A stretch of DNA of 62,102 nucleotides, the filler included, from Asterionella formosa (taxonomy: Eukaryota): NCBI GenBank assembly GCA_002256025.1. It is 17 parts of 17 records of this genome, joined end to end, with 100 filler letters (N's around TTAATTAATTAA, not from the genome) between each part and the next. Parts side by side here need not be neighbours in the genome. Positions count along the whole stretch, not along the records: positions 1 to 3,571 come from NKIB01014046.1; positions 3,672 to 7,233 come from NKIB01014047.1; positions 7,334 to 10,902 come from NKIB01014048.1; positions 11,003 to 14,571 come from NKIB01014049.1; 13 more parts are not named here. The stretch is one strand, 5' to 3'. The translations under genes and the position numbers were made by a program. Shown one piece after another: positions 1 through 12,525 of this stretch (its first letter is position 1; every line of letters starts with the position of its first letter). Below the pieces are notes generated by a model, which was given only the letters and a program-made list of their open reading frames with translations, did no database searches and was not told where the DNA came from.

Positions 1-567
1 ACGGGTACAGTACCGGTACCAGGTACCTGGTACTGTAGTGTCGTATGTAGTGATACGATCGGATTGATTTTCGGTTGATACGAAGCAATGCATGTTTCGC
101 ATGCATGCATTCTGTGCCTATGATTTACAGCACACAAGAAGTAGAGGCTTCGTCAACCGGTACTTGAAGAATTTAAATGTATACTCCGGTATGAATATGA
201 TGCATTCAGCAAAGTGACGATATTAACGATTTGTCACTGGTAAGTAAGTACTGGTACCGGTAGAATCGTCTAAAGCAAAACCTGTCATTCTTACTCCTAC
301 ATTATATACTTACGTCGTTTTGTTGGCTGCATGATTGATCGAGTTGATCCATTCTTCCTTTGACTTCGATACTATTCGTTCGATGAGGAACAGGTCGATC
401 CTTATGGATGAGCCTGATGATGCCTCGTTTTCGTCTCGTTCTTGTTCGACAACAATCATCTTCTCCATCGAAGAGTGTCTACGGATTATATTTTATTCGA
501 CTGCCGGTATACCTGCTGCTTAATACATAGTCCATTTATTTCTCATCTGACCATCTCTCCAACAAGC

Positions 568-1406
568 ATGTCCCTCACTGTAAGCAAACGGAAATGTGCT
601 CCTCCACTGCGCCGACTACCGTAGTTGAGTCGGCATTGCGTCTCAGTTCGTTCGCTCTATGCTAACTCGCTTTCCCCTATTTTGGCTCTCTTGCTTTCGT
701 CAACATTCATCATCAGTCCTTCCAAACTCGCTCCAAAAAGGAAGCTACCGCGGTCCTCGCCAATGCCAAGATCACGCTTGAAGCCTTGGATGCAACCTTT
801 ACTCAACACTTTAGCTCCACGTCCATTTCCGCGGTCCAGACGGGCTTCTCAGATAAGAACTACTTGACTCAGAACCCAGACCTTCTCGCAGCCTTGGCAG
901 CCACGGAAGATTCCCTAGCCAGTGGGCTCCGTGACTTTGCCGTTCTTGAACAATACCTAACTCTAAGTATCCCGAAAGTTGAAGACGGCAATAACTTTGG
1001 CGTCACGATTCAGTTGCAAGCCCTGAAGCAGCTTCAAGATGTTTCCGAGGCCGTGTTCAAGGACTTGGACCTGCTTCCGAAGTACTTTGCGGCCCGTGCC
1101 GACGCCATGGACAAATTGGGCTTGCCAGTCAAGGCGATCAGCGAGAGTACCAAGGTAGAGACAGGAACGGAACCCAAAACTACGTCAACCAAGGAAGAAA
1201 GCACCAAATCTGGCGGGGAACCACCCTACTATCGGGTCCAAGCAGTATATGCTGTGGATGCACAGTATTATACCACTTGTCAAAAGGCGTTTCGTGCCTT
1301 GATGACGTCGTATCTTGCATGCATTGACTTTCTATTGAAGAATCAAGCAAAGATTGATGCGCCAAAGGGCGATGATGGCGGAAAGGGATTTACTAGCATG
1401 TACTAG
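568..1406 (+). CDS. Proteasome activator PA28/REG (PSME3-like) subunit; exons 568-579 and 717-1406
   Basis: Motif YLTLSIPKVEDGNNFGVTIQ matches the PA28 activation-loop region. Intron 580-716 (gtaagc...gctaac...catcag) joins MSLT in frame to SFQTRSKKE. Confidence 0.85.
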
Positions 1407-1682
1407 TCAAAGACAACATTTTCATATAATATACTATGTTTGCACCAACCAGAGCAAGTTGGGGGATTCACTTGCCATTACCATTTCATTTCATTTTAGA
1501 AAAAAACTCAAATAGAGTAAGTGGTATGAGCACATGACAACAATATTTTATACACTGCAAGGTGAGGCCTGTTGTCCATGTTGGGTTGTCACATTCCTGC
1601 TTGTTTGTCTGCACCAACAATGATTCCGACATTGGTTACCTAAACATACTTAGTGATCGAACACAACACATAGCCAGCTCAG

Positions 1683-2112
1683 NNNNNNNNNNNNNNNNNN
1701 NNNNNNNNNNNNNNNNNNNNNNNNNNNNNNNNNNNNNNNNNNNNNNNNNNNNNNNNNNNNNNNNNNNNNNNNNNNNNNNNNNNNNNNNNNNNNNNNNNNN
1801 NNNNNNNNNNNNNNNNNNNNNNNNNNNNNNNNNNNNNNNNNNNNNNNNNNNNNNNNNNNNNNNNNNNNNNNNNNNNNNNNNNNNNNNNNNNNNNNNNNNN
1901 NNNNNNNNNNNNNNNNNNNNNNNNNNNNNNNNNNNNNNNNNNNNNNNNNNNNNNNNNNNNNNNNNNNNNNNNNNNNNNNNNNNNNNNNNNNNNNNNNNNN
2001 NNNNNNNNNNNNNNNNNNNNNNNNNNNNNNNNNNNNNNNNNNNNNNNNNNNNNNNNNNNNNNNNNNNNNNNNNNNNNNNNNNNNNNNNNNNNNNNNNNNN
2101 NNNNNNNNNNNN
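1683..2112. other. Scaffold gap (N run) inside the first contig
   Basis: About 430 N with no linker motif. Confidence 0.95.
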
Positions 2113-2336
2113 TGTACCGGTAACATACCGGGTATCTTGATTTATGTTTTGGATACAATTACCGGTATTTGGACCATGCGATCTTAACATAAATTACACC
2201 GGGAAATACTCCTACATATCATATGTACTGTGTATGTGCCGTAGACTATATCCATTTGTGAGTTGATCCCTCCTTGCCATTATTTCACCCTTGCCAGGTT
2301 CCAGCAAACTATTCCACCGGTACTGAAACAAGCAGA

Positions 2337-3539
2337 ATGAGAACGCTACCTCTAGTCTCCATGTCCCTCATCATGTCAGCGACCACTGAATGGACCAGCG
2401 CATTCAGCCTCCATCGGACACACAACGCAATACGACCTTTACTGCGCATTCCAATGCACCTAGTACCCCTGAAAGCATCCTCTTCGAAGGCACTCATCAA
2501 GCCTCACAATGCGTCTGCCAGTGCTGGAGAGGGAGCCATGGATGCTGGAAGCATGGCGTCGTACTCGAGTCGCCGTCCTAATAGCAGCAGTTTGCCCTTT
2601 TGGAAAGTCCTGTGGCAATTCACAAGACCTCACACTCTGATTGGCTCTGCGTTGGCCATTCCGGCATTGCATGCGCTAGCAGCAACATCAATGTCCAGTT
2701 TCTTTTCGGCTGCAAACGCTATTGCCATGATATACGCCATGGTACCGTCGCTATTGATGAACTTGTACATTACAGGTTTGAATCAAATCACCGACGTGGA
2801 AATTGACAAGGTCAATAAACCAAACTTACCCATTGCTGCTGGCGAATTATCGTCAAAAACAGCCACTCTTGTTGTGGTTATTGCCTTAATCGCATCGCTC
2901 TGGATGGGACAGGCTCATACATTACTAGGATCTCAGGGACTTAATGTTGCACTTTGGGGATCGGGCATTTTAGGGACCCTATACAGTTTGGAGCCATTTC
3001 GCTTGAAGAGATTTCCACTCTTGGCGGCGTTTTGCATCGTGGCAGTACGAGGGACACTCATTAATGCTAGTTTCTTCGCACACGCCAAAGCAGCAGCTTA
3101 CGAGTCTACAGGGAGTGTCTTGCACTATCTTGCCAATGACCCAAAGTGTCGTTTAAGTTGCCTCTTTTTTGGTGTCTTTGGCGTTGTCATTGCCTTGATG
3201 AAGGATGTTCCTGATGTTGAAGGGGACGAAATTGCACAAGTCAGGACGTTTTCTGTCAGAGTTGGTCAAGACAGGATCTTTTCGTGGATGAAACGTCTGC
3301 TCACATTGCTATTTATGAGCTATGGTGCTGCATTTTTTCGTGCAGCCTTTACTGCAACATCGACCATTTTGGCATGCTCCAGAACCCTCGTGGCTACATT
3401 GGCTGTCATTGGTGCTATTAGTGTCAACAAAGAAGCGGTTGGAGTGGATCCTAAGGATAGAAGCCAAGTGTATGGATACTATATGCACATGTGGAAGTTG
3501 TTCTATTTATGCTATGCCATACTACCGTTGGCAAGGTAG
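2337..3539 (+). CDS. Plastid-targeted UbiA-family homogentisate prenyltransferase (most like homogentisate phytyltransferase, tocopherol synthesis)
   Basis: FTRPHTLIG, NQITDVEIDKVNKP, IALMKDVPDVEGD and MWKLFY motifs. Signal peptide ending TSAF, resembling the diatom ASAF motif, followed by a transit-like region. Start placed at ATG 2337. Confidence 0.85.
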   Translation: MRTLPLVSMSLIMSATTEWTSAFSLHRTHNAIRPLLRIPMHLVPLKASSSKALIKPHNASASAGEGAMDAGSMASYSSRRPNSSSLPFWKVLWQFTRPHTLIGSALAIPALHALAATSMSSFFSAANAIAMIYAMVPSLLMNLYITGLNQITDVEIDKVNKPNLPIAAGELSSKTATLVVVIALIASLWMGQAHTLLGSQGLNVALWGSGILGTLYSLEPFRLKRFPLLAAFCIVAVRGTLINASFFAHAKAAAYESTGSVLHYLANDPKCRLSCLFFGVFGVVIALMKDVPDVEGDEIAQVRTFSVRVGQDRIFSWMKRLLTLLFMSYGAAFFRAAFTATSTILACSRTLVATLAVIGAISVNKEAVGVDPKDRSQVYGYYMHMWKLFYLCYAILPLAR

Positions 3540-3571
3540 TTATACGAACAGAATAGATGCTCAATATAAAC

Positions 3572-3671
3572 NNNNNNNNNNNNNNNNNNNNNNNNNNNNN
3601 NNNNNNNNNNNNNNNTTAATTAATTAANNNNNNNNNNNNNNNNNNNNNNNNNNNNNNNNNNNNNNNNNNNN
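3572..3671. other. Artificial contig linker N44-TTAATTAATTAA-N44 (first of 16)
   Basis: The identical 100-nt unit also starts at 7234, 10903, 14572, 18240, 21908, 25576, 29239, 32896, 36552, 40207, 43865, 47515, 51163, 54810 and 58457. It gives stops in all six frames. Confidence 0.97.
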
Positions 3672-4587
3672 CAGTTGGTAGATGCTACGTATCTGTAGCT
3701 CTCACGCAGTAAAATTTGCTAGAAAAATGTTTCTACACAATTTGTTTGTTTTACTTTGTTTGCTAATAATTGTTTTTATAAAAGAGTGAGCTTAATGTAA
3801 ATTTGAATGTATGATTTTGAAACTTCCAAGCTCATGCATGTTTCAAAATAGAGGTGATCTTTGGAGGCGAGGTTCATTTGTGTTCCCAACTTGAACTGAG
3901 AATAAACTACATCCTCTTCCTAAATACACATTTGTCTTAATCTTGGCCTGTCTCAACTTAGGCCAGATGCTGTTTGATCGAAGACTGCTTACAGAATGAT
4001 CCTGTTAATCATAACTAGATCATACCTAGTTTGCTTCTTTAATGTTCCTTGATGTTGCGGACATATCTGTAATTGTCTAGTCAATCATTTATTGATTTGG
4101 CTTCTAGGTCTGATCGTCTTCTAGAGTCCATTTAACAGGTTAGAGAGAACTTCTCCTGAAAGTTCCTCTCTCAACTGTGGCATTTTACACGCGATATTTA
4201 ACCATGTAATCTTGAATCAATCATCTAGTGGATTGTGGTACATGTTTCTAATCAGGTCACTAGAGGCGAGAATATATTGACACTCATAACCTGATCAGGA
4301 ATCAGGAATCTCTATGTGTTTCAACTATATTGAATCAAATACCGGTAGTCTACCGGTAAATCAAAAAGAATATCCTCAAGATAAGAATTCGAAAACCATC
4401 TGCACCAGCAGTGAAACCCATAATTCTGCTATCAAATCCTTTATGTAGGGGCGATCTTTACAGAGATTATGTCCAAACTTTTATAAACCTTGAATTCCAT
4501 GGTGAGGAATCTTACTTGAAGATTACCACAAACAGAAGAAACACAAGAAGAACCAATGGAATGGATCAGCACTGCGCATGTGCCCCA

Positions 4588-4743
4588 CTGCCCCAAAGCA
4601 ATTCAGCCAAGTCCAGCTACATTTGCTTTTTCATGGCCAAGCAGTCTGTCATCAAGGAGGAGTTGGGGGGCAATGCAACTGTGCCAGAAGTTTCGAAAAG
4701 ATTGGCGGAAATGTGGAAAAGTCTATCACCTACCTCCTCATGA
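4588..4743 (+). pseudogene. Truncated HMG-box fragment
   Basis: AKSSYICFFMAKQSVIKEE...TVPEVSKRLAEMWKSLSP matches HMG-box helices 1-2 and stops before helix 3. Confidence 0.5.
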
Positions 4744-5050
4744 GGCGGTGACTACCTGGTACCATTATCCACTGCCCCACCATATCTTGGCCATGGAGTG
4801 TAATGACCACAACTCCAAAAATAAATGAGTAAGAATATGCTACAAAAATGATTGACATGTATATATATGGATGTATAATATTTTTAAAACATCCCCTCCT
4901 TATTTAACAGCCATGAGATTACCCAAGAGTGGGGACAGGCCTTATGGGAATACTACACAATATGCTACATCCAACACATGCAATTGAATCTCCTTTGCTA
5001 ACCTTATAAGTAAAATAGGAAATCTTCCAAGCATACTTCACAGCAGAATA

Positions 5051-6830
5051 TCACCAAAACGACCTTTCTTCTGGCATCAATACCTTTTCAGTTCCATTGC
5101 ATTCAATAACACTGGGAAGATTGTGATAATGGCAAGAAATTAAGGGTTGGGCTGCACAACATGAGGTGGTCAATGAACCATGTTGCATTGTCATTAATGT
5201 TGAATTTGTTGTGATACCAACGCATGTATCCTTCACAAACCATGCCCCCATTTGCTTAAAGTAAAGTAGTTTTTCTTTCTTTGAGATTGTCCAACTCATA
5301 TGAAACATGAATGGTTGTTCTACTGTTCCAGACATAAACAACTTCATCCAGCTTTTATCATGGTGGAATACAACACCAGTAGGGAACATATGTTGGTCTA
5401 AGATCTTGACCCGCAATCCATATCTGGAGGCAAATTCAGCCATGAGATGATTAAGTTGACATTGCTCATCTTTTGTAGAGTAATCAAAAAACAAGGAATT
5501 GATTAGACTTTTTGTCTTGGCACTGTTCCTAATATAGAAATAGCCGCTGTTGGCCCTATAAGGAAGGCTAGGTTCAATTTGTTTCAAGAAAGAAATCAAA
5601 AAATTAGTTGGCACAAGGCAAAACATTTAGAAAGGTGTACCTTCTCCACACTTACTATAAATTCAATCCATTACCATCATCTTCAGCCATGACATCAAAA
5701 TGGGAGAGCGATTTGTTTTGAAAAAAAGGCAGGGGGTCTTTGAACCAAACCACATCAGCATCCTGGAATAGAATATCATAGCCCAACATGATTGAAAGTT
5801 GAAGGCAAATTAGCTTCCCCATCATCATGTTTTGAAAAGTTTGGTCTCCATAAGATGCTGCAGCTTTTGATGGCAGTCCACCAAAGTTATGTTCATCATA
5901 AAAGACAGTCAAACCCAAACCCTCTAGCAATTCTTTTGTTTCAAGGTCAGTGGCAAATACCAGAATGCCAGAAATGTCCAAATTTCTAGCACGTGCATTG
6001 CAACAAAAGTTAATAATGAGCTCTGATTGTCCATGATTCGAAAACATGACAACCAGCGTATTCATTCTGGCTATTTTGTGGGCAATAGGATACAACTTCT
6101 TCAACATTGCATCTCTGCTATTCATAAAAATGCGTATAAGTTCCCAATGCTTGAGTCTTTCTTGATCATCAGGCTGATGAAAATCATTACTACCATCAGT
6201 ATCCATCAATCGTCCCACATATTCAAGAGGAGCCTTGGAATCGACTGTGCCATCGCGATTAGGAGGTATCCGCATCCATCTCTGAATATGAAACGATTCA
6301 TGTTGCCCCACAATGGCCACACATTGTCGTCGTCCTTGCCCCACATCCGTAAGAATGACATTTAGAAAGTCACAATTGGCAGTCGCTTCGTTACTGTCGG
6401 CTATGAGTGGTACATCGCCTTGTCGGGTAGTTGAATAGTCGTTGGTGGGTTGGGCGTCCTTGCTGTAGAGAATCAGTACTTTATCATTTCCTGGTTTCGT
6501 TTGTTGAAGCGGAACGCCCATATCGAACTTGCTCGTAAAGTCTGCGCGTGGCACCAAAGTCATCCCAACCGCAATCTTGTGTATCGAATCTGGAAATCTC
6601 GGCGATTGGTGATTATCTGCACTGTTCTTGTTGTTGTCCTGCTCGCATCTTATAACATCAATATGAGGAGGCAGAGGATTCAAGATATTGCTCTTGTTGC
6701 AAATCTGATGTGCGCAGGCCATGAGGCCGACATGGTATCCAGCAAATGCTGTCAAGCAGAATGCAACTATAACGATCACTACGAATGAACGAGACGGTCC
6801 CCTCGTCGTTGTGGTCCCTTTGCTCACCAT
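5051..6830 (-). CDS. Nucleotide-diphospho-sugar transferase (GT77/PF03407-like); exons 6830-5656 and 5567-5051
   Basis: N-terminal signal anchor, GYDILFQDADVVWFKDP (DxD), ANSGYFY and MFHMSW motifs. Intron 5655-5568 (gtaagt...cctag) restores the frame NL-Y-LPYRAN. Confidence 0.85.
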
Positions 6831-7334
6831 TATGACATTTCAACTATCAGGTAATACCGGCACCGGTATGTGAACGAGTCGGTACCACTACCCTTGATGG
6901 ATGGTACTGTTGCTGTTTCCTGGGTGCTAAATAGTTACGCTATGTACCGGACACCGGTGTACCATTATGTATGCATCGATCACGACAAAATGAGAACTAT
7001 TTTGTCAAAGAGTACCGTATATAACTAAGATATTATGAACGTACCCGAAAATAAATCAACTCTCAGCGCAACCTTTTATGGCCATACATATAGTCGTAGC
7101 TATGTACTGCACTGGTAGTTAACTAGCCCCTTCGACAAAGCTCGCGATGTACATATACCGGTACTTGAGTACAGGGTAGACTGGGTACCAGATACCAGTA
7201 CATATAGTCGTGGCTTTGTTGTGCACCGGCACCNNNNNNNNNNNNNNNNNNNNNNNNNNNNNNNNNNNNNNNNNNNNTTAATTAATTAANNNNNNNNNNN
7301 NNNNNNNNNNNNNNNNNNNNNNNNNNNNNNNNNA

Positions 7335-8000
7335 AGAGCCTCCAAGCATTCATACGAAGGATTCCTTCCGAATCTTGCTGATCTCCGAAGCAGGCATCCC
7401 CCTCAGAACCACGGGGAAGCAACAAATCAACACAAAGGCTCGTCACCGAACCAATGGAACAGTGCATCTTGTGAGCAACACGAGCAGCCGACACCTCAAA
7501 ATCGATGGAACGGACAGAGTCTAAATAAGTATGTACATACCAGTCATCCGTTTGCGCTTCATTTGGCAACTATTTCCCATCAACCATCAGGCAACTCTCA
7601 CAATGCAAATACTGGAAAAGGAAAATATGCTCCGGGAAACTTCACCAGCAACGCTTTCAATGCTAACATATACCATGGCGAAGAAGAGAGTAGCGGCGAA
7701 GAGGATACATCTGAACAATTTCAGTGGGACAAGCCTCTGCGCCTTCCATCAGAAAGAACCTCGAACCAACAACCCCAGTCATGGGACACGGAGTCGTATA
7801 TTGAGTCAACACCGCCGGGTAAGCAGACAGAACCTTCAGTACTTGAGAATGCAAGTGAATTGCTCTCCCGGAACCAGCTGCTTGAGCTCCTTGGAGGTGA
7901 GCTACTTTCGCAAAATGCTGTCATCGCCTCTCATGCCGTCCAACCGAGTGTTGCCTTCTCCACCGGACGGTTCAATGGGTCGTGCTGCGTGCGCAAATGA
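7335..8000 (+). CDS. 3' part of a low-complexity hypothetical protein, cut by the contig start
   Basis: The frame is open from the contig edge to the stop at 8000 (about 220 codons) and converges on the MATE gene. No recognisable domain. Confidence 0.4.
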   Translation, partial: RASKHSYEGFLPNLADLRSRHPPQNHGEATNQHKGSSPNQWNSASCEQHEQPTPQNRWNGQSLNKYVHTSHPFALHLATISHQPSGNSHNANTGKGKYAPGNFTSNAFNANIYHGEEESSGEEDTSEQFQWDKPLRLPSERTSNQQPQSWDTESYIESTPPGKQTEPSVLENASELLSRNQLLELLGGELLSQNAVIASHAVQPSVAFSTGRFNGSCCVRK

Positions 8001-8143
8001 TTCAAGGGTGGGCTTTGAATTCGTTTTGACGTACGCGTTCGACTCTTCCTCCGACGAAGGGGAGCATCTAAAGACAGTGGAGTGTAGAAAGAATGGGAAA
8101 CACTAAATTTGTCTATACATGTGCATTGTAGTAGAAGCCGTGT

Positions 8144-10722
8144 TTATACCGAGCTACGCATGATTGATGCTGGTGTGTTTATCACTTCCATGCCTTCCTC
8201 CCCGTCAGATGCAGACCCGTCATGGGAGCTTTCACCTGATTCCAAGTCGGATTCCATCATGGCATTTAGCTCTTGCAGAATTCTAGCGAGACGGTCCCAA
8301 TCACTCCGCAGCAACACGTAAGCCAGTGCAAGGCCTGCAGTAGCGAATCCAATTATCAGGGAAGCCAGAACACTATTAATGTCTAGATCGAAGGCAAACA
8401 CAACTATGATGGCACACGGCAAAGTAACGAGCCACCTGGCAAGCAATATCACCAACGTTGCCAACCGATAACGCCCCTGGGCTCCAACCAAACTCCATGT
8501 GACCAAACCATACGTCATGACGACGTTTCCAAGTCCGAGCATAGTCATGGAATCATTAAGCAAATATTGTAGCGTAACATCGGATGTAAGCCATTTCGAT
8601 AAATTTGTTCCGCCCATTAAGAGCATCGCCGAAACGAATAAGGAATGAATTGCAGCCACGAATATTGCCTTATAGGAAGCAAGCTTCGCCATGGCGGGAT
8701 TATGGTGTCCAAGGTGATACGCAACTCGAATCGCAGCTGCTTCACCAATCCCCTCTGTCGAAGATTCTAGAATCTTCCAAATGACTCCAAGTATACTCCA
8801 GGTTGCGACTTCTGCTGGTCCCAAATGAGGGACGAAGAAAAGGAGAATTTCCCATTCTCCGTATTCTAAGAATGCACCGACGAAAAGAGGTAAAGAAGCC
8901 ATCAGCAATGCCTGGACGGCAGAAACATTCTTGGGATAATGGGGGGGGGGGGGTGAGGGGAAATCGCATAGCCCAGCTTGGCAATCAAAGCTGCAATACC
9001 AATCAAGAACTGAATCCATGCCACAGTTTCTAGGGTTGCATCATGGGCCATTGCTACCACAATTGAAATGATGACCACCGTAATAATACTTTCGCCCAAG
9101 CCGAACCTAGTTTCGAACAACTCATTTCCTGTCAATTGGAATAGAACTGTAAATATTCTGGACATAGACTGCAGAAAATGATGAAAAACAATTATTGTTG
9201 AATATTTCTTGGCAAGCAGGGCAGTACTTTCTGACTTGATGAACCAAAACACAATGTCCTCCATTGTGAGAGCCCACATGACAAGCAATGGAACCGAAAA
9301 AATCGAATGCGTAACAATAGAAATCTGCACGTACTGTCCGGCAAGGAAAAGCTGACCGGTTGACAAAGCATAGGAACATAATGTATTTTCAGCATCGGAC
9401 ACAGCACCAACTAGCTCATCAGTGAACCCAATTAGCAAGTTCACAATTACAAATGCAACCATGGCATCCGTTCCAACGTAGTTTGAAATAAACCCAACAG
9501 TAACTGCTTTGAAGACTGGCTCCGACATGGCACCAAGAGTCAGTGGCAGTCCCAACGTAATAATTCGCTTCATCTCGGTATCAGGCTCTGCAAGGTCAAC
9601 GAGGCCATCAATAGCCATGAGAATGACTCTTGGAGTCCACAACGCAGCGGGTCCACAGCACACTGTGATTTCAATATCCTCCGCTTGTTCAAAGGAATTA
9701 ACTCTCCCTGGATCCCCTGCATCCGCGGCATCATTCGGAGAAATATCATCTACCAACGATGGAAACGCACTCCCACTCGATATGCTGCGTCCTCGGCGAT
9801 GAGCCATGTCAATAATGACCCGTTGCCCCGGATTGTCATGTTCCTCCGTAGTAAGAATACTGCTTGCCACCTCACTCATTCCCCTTGACGCTGTCGACCT
9901 GATTGGCGGTCGACTTTTCCGTGACGATGTATGGGATCCAAGTTCAGGCCGAAGGAAAGTACGAGTTCGTGCTTCCAAATTGGATGATCCCATTGTTTCC
10001 GTCTCGGCCTGAATGGCCTGCTGAATGCCAGCAGGCCGACCAATCGGTCGTCGATGTTTCCATCGTCTTGCGCCCACATCCCATACTTGTGTTTTTGGAT
10101 TTGGCCTAGTTGTTTCATAGAGTCGTGAAGTTGTTGCGGCAGATAAGACATTGGACTGTTCTGCAATTGAAGGAATGGTCGAGGGCGTCATTGAAAGGCC
10201 TCGTGCTCGACTGCGCTGCTGTTGAGAACCAGAAATGACCGACATGAAATCTGGATCATCGTCGGGATAGCGTTGACTGACTCGGTCCAGCTCTCTAAAA
10301 AAATGCATAGGTATTCTTCGTCGAAAGGAATTGCTCCTTGATGGGCTGCGTTGATCAAGATGAGTTTCTCCCTGAAGATGAGTTTCTACCTGTTGCAGTT
10401 CCGCATTCCGTGGGAAATCATGCGGATGAATCCTTTGTACAGGTGGAGACAGGTGTAGTTGTTGGTTTTGCTGTTGCAGCTGTTGCTCTTGCTGTTGTAC
10501 TAATGGATCCGGAAGTGGTTCGAGACTTCGAAGGTAAAGATTGGATTTGGCAAACGCTTTTTGTCGCTGCTTTTCATGCTTGCGACCCCAAACTACCAAT
10601 GGTGCAATCAACAAGAACGATAGCGCGGAATATATCAATACGAAAATGTGGACCGTTGATCCAGTGTCGTTGCAAGTTGGCACGTAATTGGGGAAACCCT
10701 CAAATTCTTCAAGCGTTGACAT
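8144..10722 (-). CDS. MATE-family transporter with a long N-terminal extension; frame broken at a homopolymer run near 8940-8960
   Basis: Two MATE halves (KRIITLGLPLTLG...; FLEYGEWEILLFF...GIGEAAAIRVAYHLG) lie in ORFs 8902-10722 and 8144-9019. Confidence 0.8.
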
Positions 10723-11002
10723 GTTCCGACGTTAACTCCTTCTGCTTAAACCCAAAGAATTATCGTCCTTCTCGATGCTGCATGCAACATTCCAGGGGTA
10801 CAGAAGATGTCTTCTCTATCCTTGCCTGTGTCTCGATGGAAACAATGTGCAAATCAAAAGGCATCAATGCTATTAATGATAATAAATGAAGTGTGGGGTA
10901 TGNNNNNNNNNNNNNNNNNNNNNNNNNNNNNNNNNNNNNNNNNNNNTTAATTAATTAANNNNNNNNNNNNNNNNNNNNNNNNNNNNNNNNNNNNNNNNNN
11001 NN

Positions 11003-12238
11003 GCGCGAGCAAAGATTCGTTGCAGACGCTTGCTAAATGGATTGGGTTCAACAGAAAACACGCTGCGGCCTTCTGTGAAGCCTTTAAAAAGGCAATGGAA
11101 GTTCAAACAAGGCAATTGTTATATTATCATGTGATCGATGAGGTCATGTTGCTGGAAAAGGGAAACGCCAAATGGGACAAGCTGCAAGACATCAGAACCA
11201 CGCTTGGGGAGACTGTTGTCGCATCCGAATTCGAGAAACTTGACGACGTCAATGTGATTGACCAATTGAAGGTTTTAGTAGACCAATGGGACAATGCAAA
11301 TGCGTTTGGAGGGCCTATGCTTATTCACCGACTGCGGCAATTGCTGAAGACCTCCTCGAAATCAGGGGATGTTGGGGCTCCTGCACCAGATTTAAGACTT
11401 GCTGAAGAAACGACCGTAGCCATGTCTGAGTCAACCTCAGACGTGCTAGAAATTTCTGCCATTCAAGCAGAAGAGAAGCAGATAGAAAATATCCTTGAGA
11501 TTGCAGTGAAGCCGAAGTTGGTAACGCGCGAAGAATCCTCCAGAAGTTTAGGTGAACAGGAAGAGGTATCATTTGATTTCGAAGCTGAGGTACGTATCGT
11601 CGGCTTTGACTGCACTGGATCGACAATTGTGACGCTTCGATTGACACTCAACGCTATGATTTAACATTCAGGGGATACCTCAAGGAAAAGTAGACGCCAA
11701 AGAATTTCTCGAACCTTGCAAAGCATTGGCCACTTTTCAAATAGCACGCGACCTTCGAGCCGATACTGCTGCCCATCTTTCATCGATCCTTTCGGCTGTT
11801 TCTGATGAGATCAAACAATCCTATCAGGGGTTGAGTAGTGACGATCTTTCACCCGAGCTAGTTCAGAATCTTTCAATTCGATTGACAGATAATGTTCTTG
11901 ACATGGATATTGATGAAGCGCTTCAGAACGTTGAGACGTTTCGCGAACTAGTACAGAAGCAACACACTGCTAAGCAGCGCCTAATTAACCTGCTCCTCAA
12001 GTCTAGGTGCCAATTTGGATCCAATGAAGCAGCCGAAGCTTTCTATGGGCTTGAAGATATTAAAGCGAAACTCCAGCGTAGGAAAGATCTCCTTTCGGAT
12101 GCCATGGAATTGGAGGGCCTCGATATCGAAGAAGGTGACAAGGCCGAAGGGGAAGATATTATTAAAAGCTTGGCTCCACTGACGTGGTACAAAAGCAATG
12201 ATGTTGAACCAGAGGCTAAACGAGCTAAGATAGAGTGA
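11003..12238 (+). CDS. CID-domain (RPRD1/Rtt103-like) protein, 5'-truncated; intron 11590-11671
   Basis: SKDSLQTLAKWIGFNRKHA and LLYYHVIDEV resemble the Pol II CTD-interacting domain. The GT-AG intron joins the two ORFs in frame. Coiled-coil C-terminus with NLS-like EAKRAK. Confidence 0.7.
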
Positions 12239-12525
12239 TGATAAGACGTCGTGTAGGAGTTGTTGGAGGCAAATGAATACAGTCTAGCAAGTTTCAAACA
12301 TATCCTCTGATGAATCATTGCCTCCGACGATAATGGTCAACGACTCTTAACGAGCTACCCAATAGAGCTGGTTCTAAGTTTTCGACAGCCGAAACCAACC
12401 AAACCAGGAAATTTCTTTGAAGATGCTTTGTTAGAGATGGAATGAATGTTGGTGTGTTTTGATATCATGACAAGGGAATTGGAACTAACTTATAACTTAA
12501 GTATGTTCATTCAAGGACCAGCCCC

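Noticed and set aside
1562..2190. ORFs spanning N runs
   Set aside because: They are artefacts of translating gaps.
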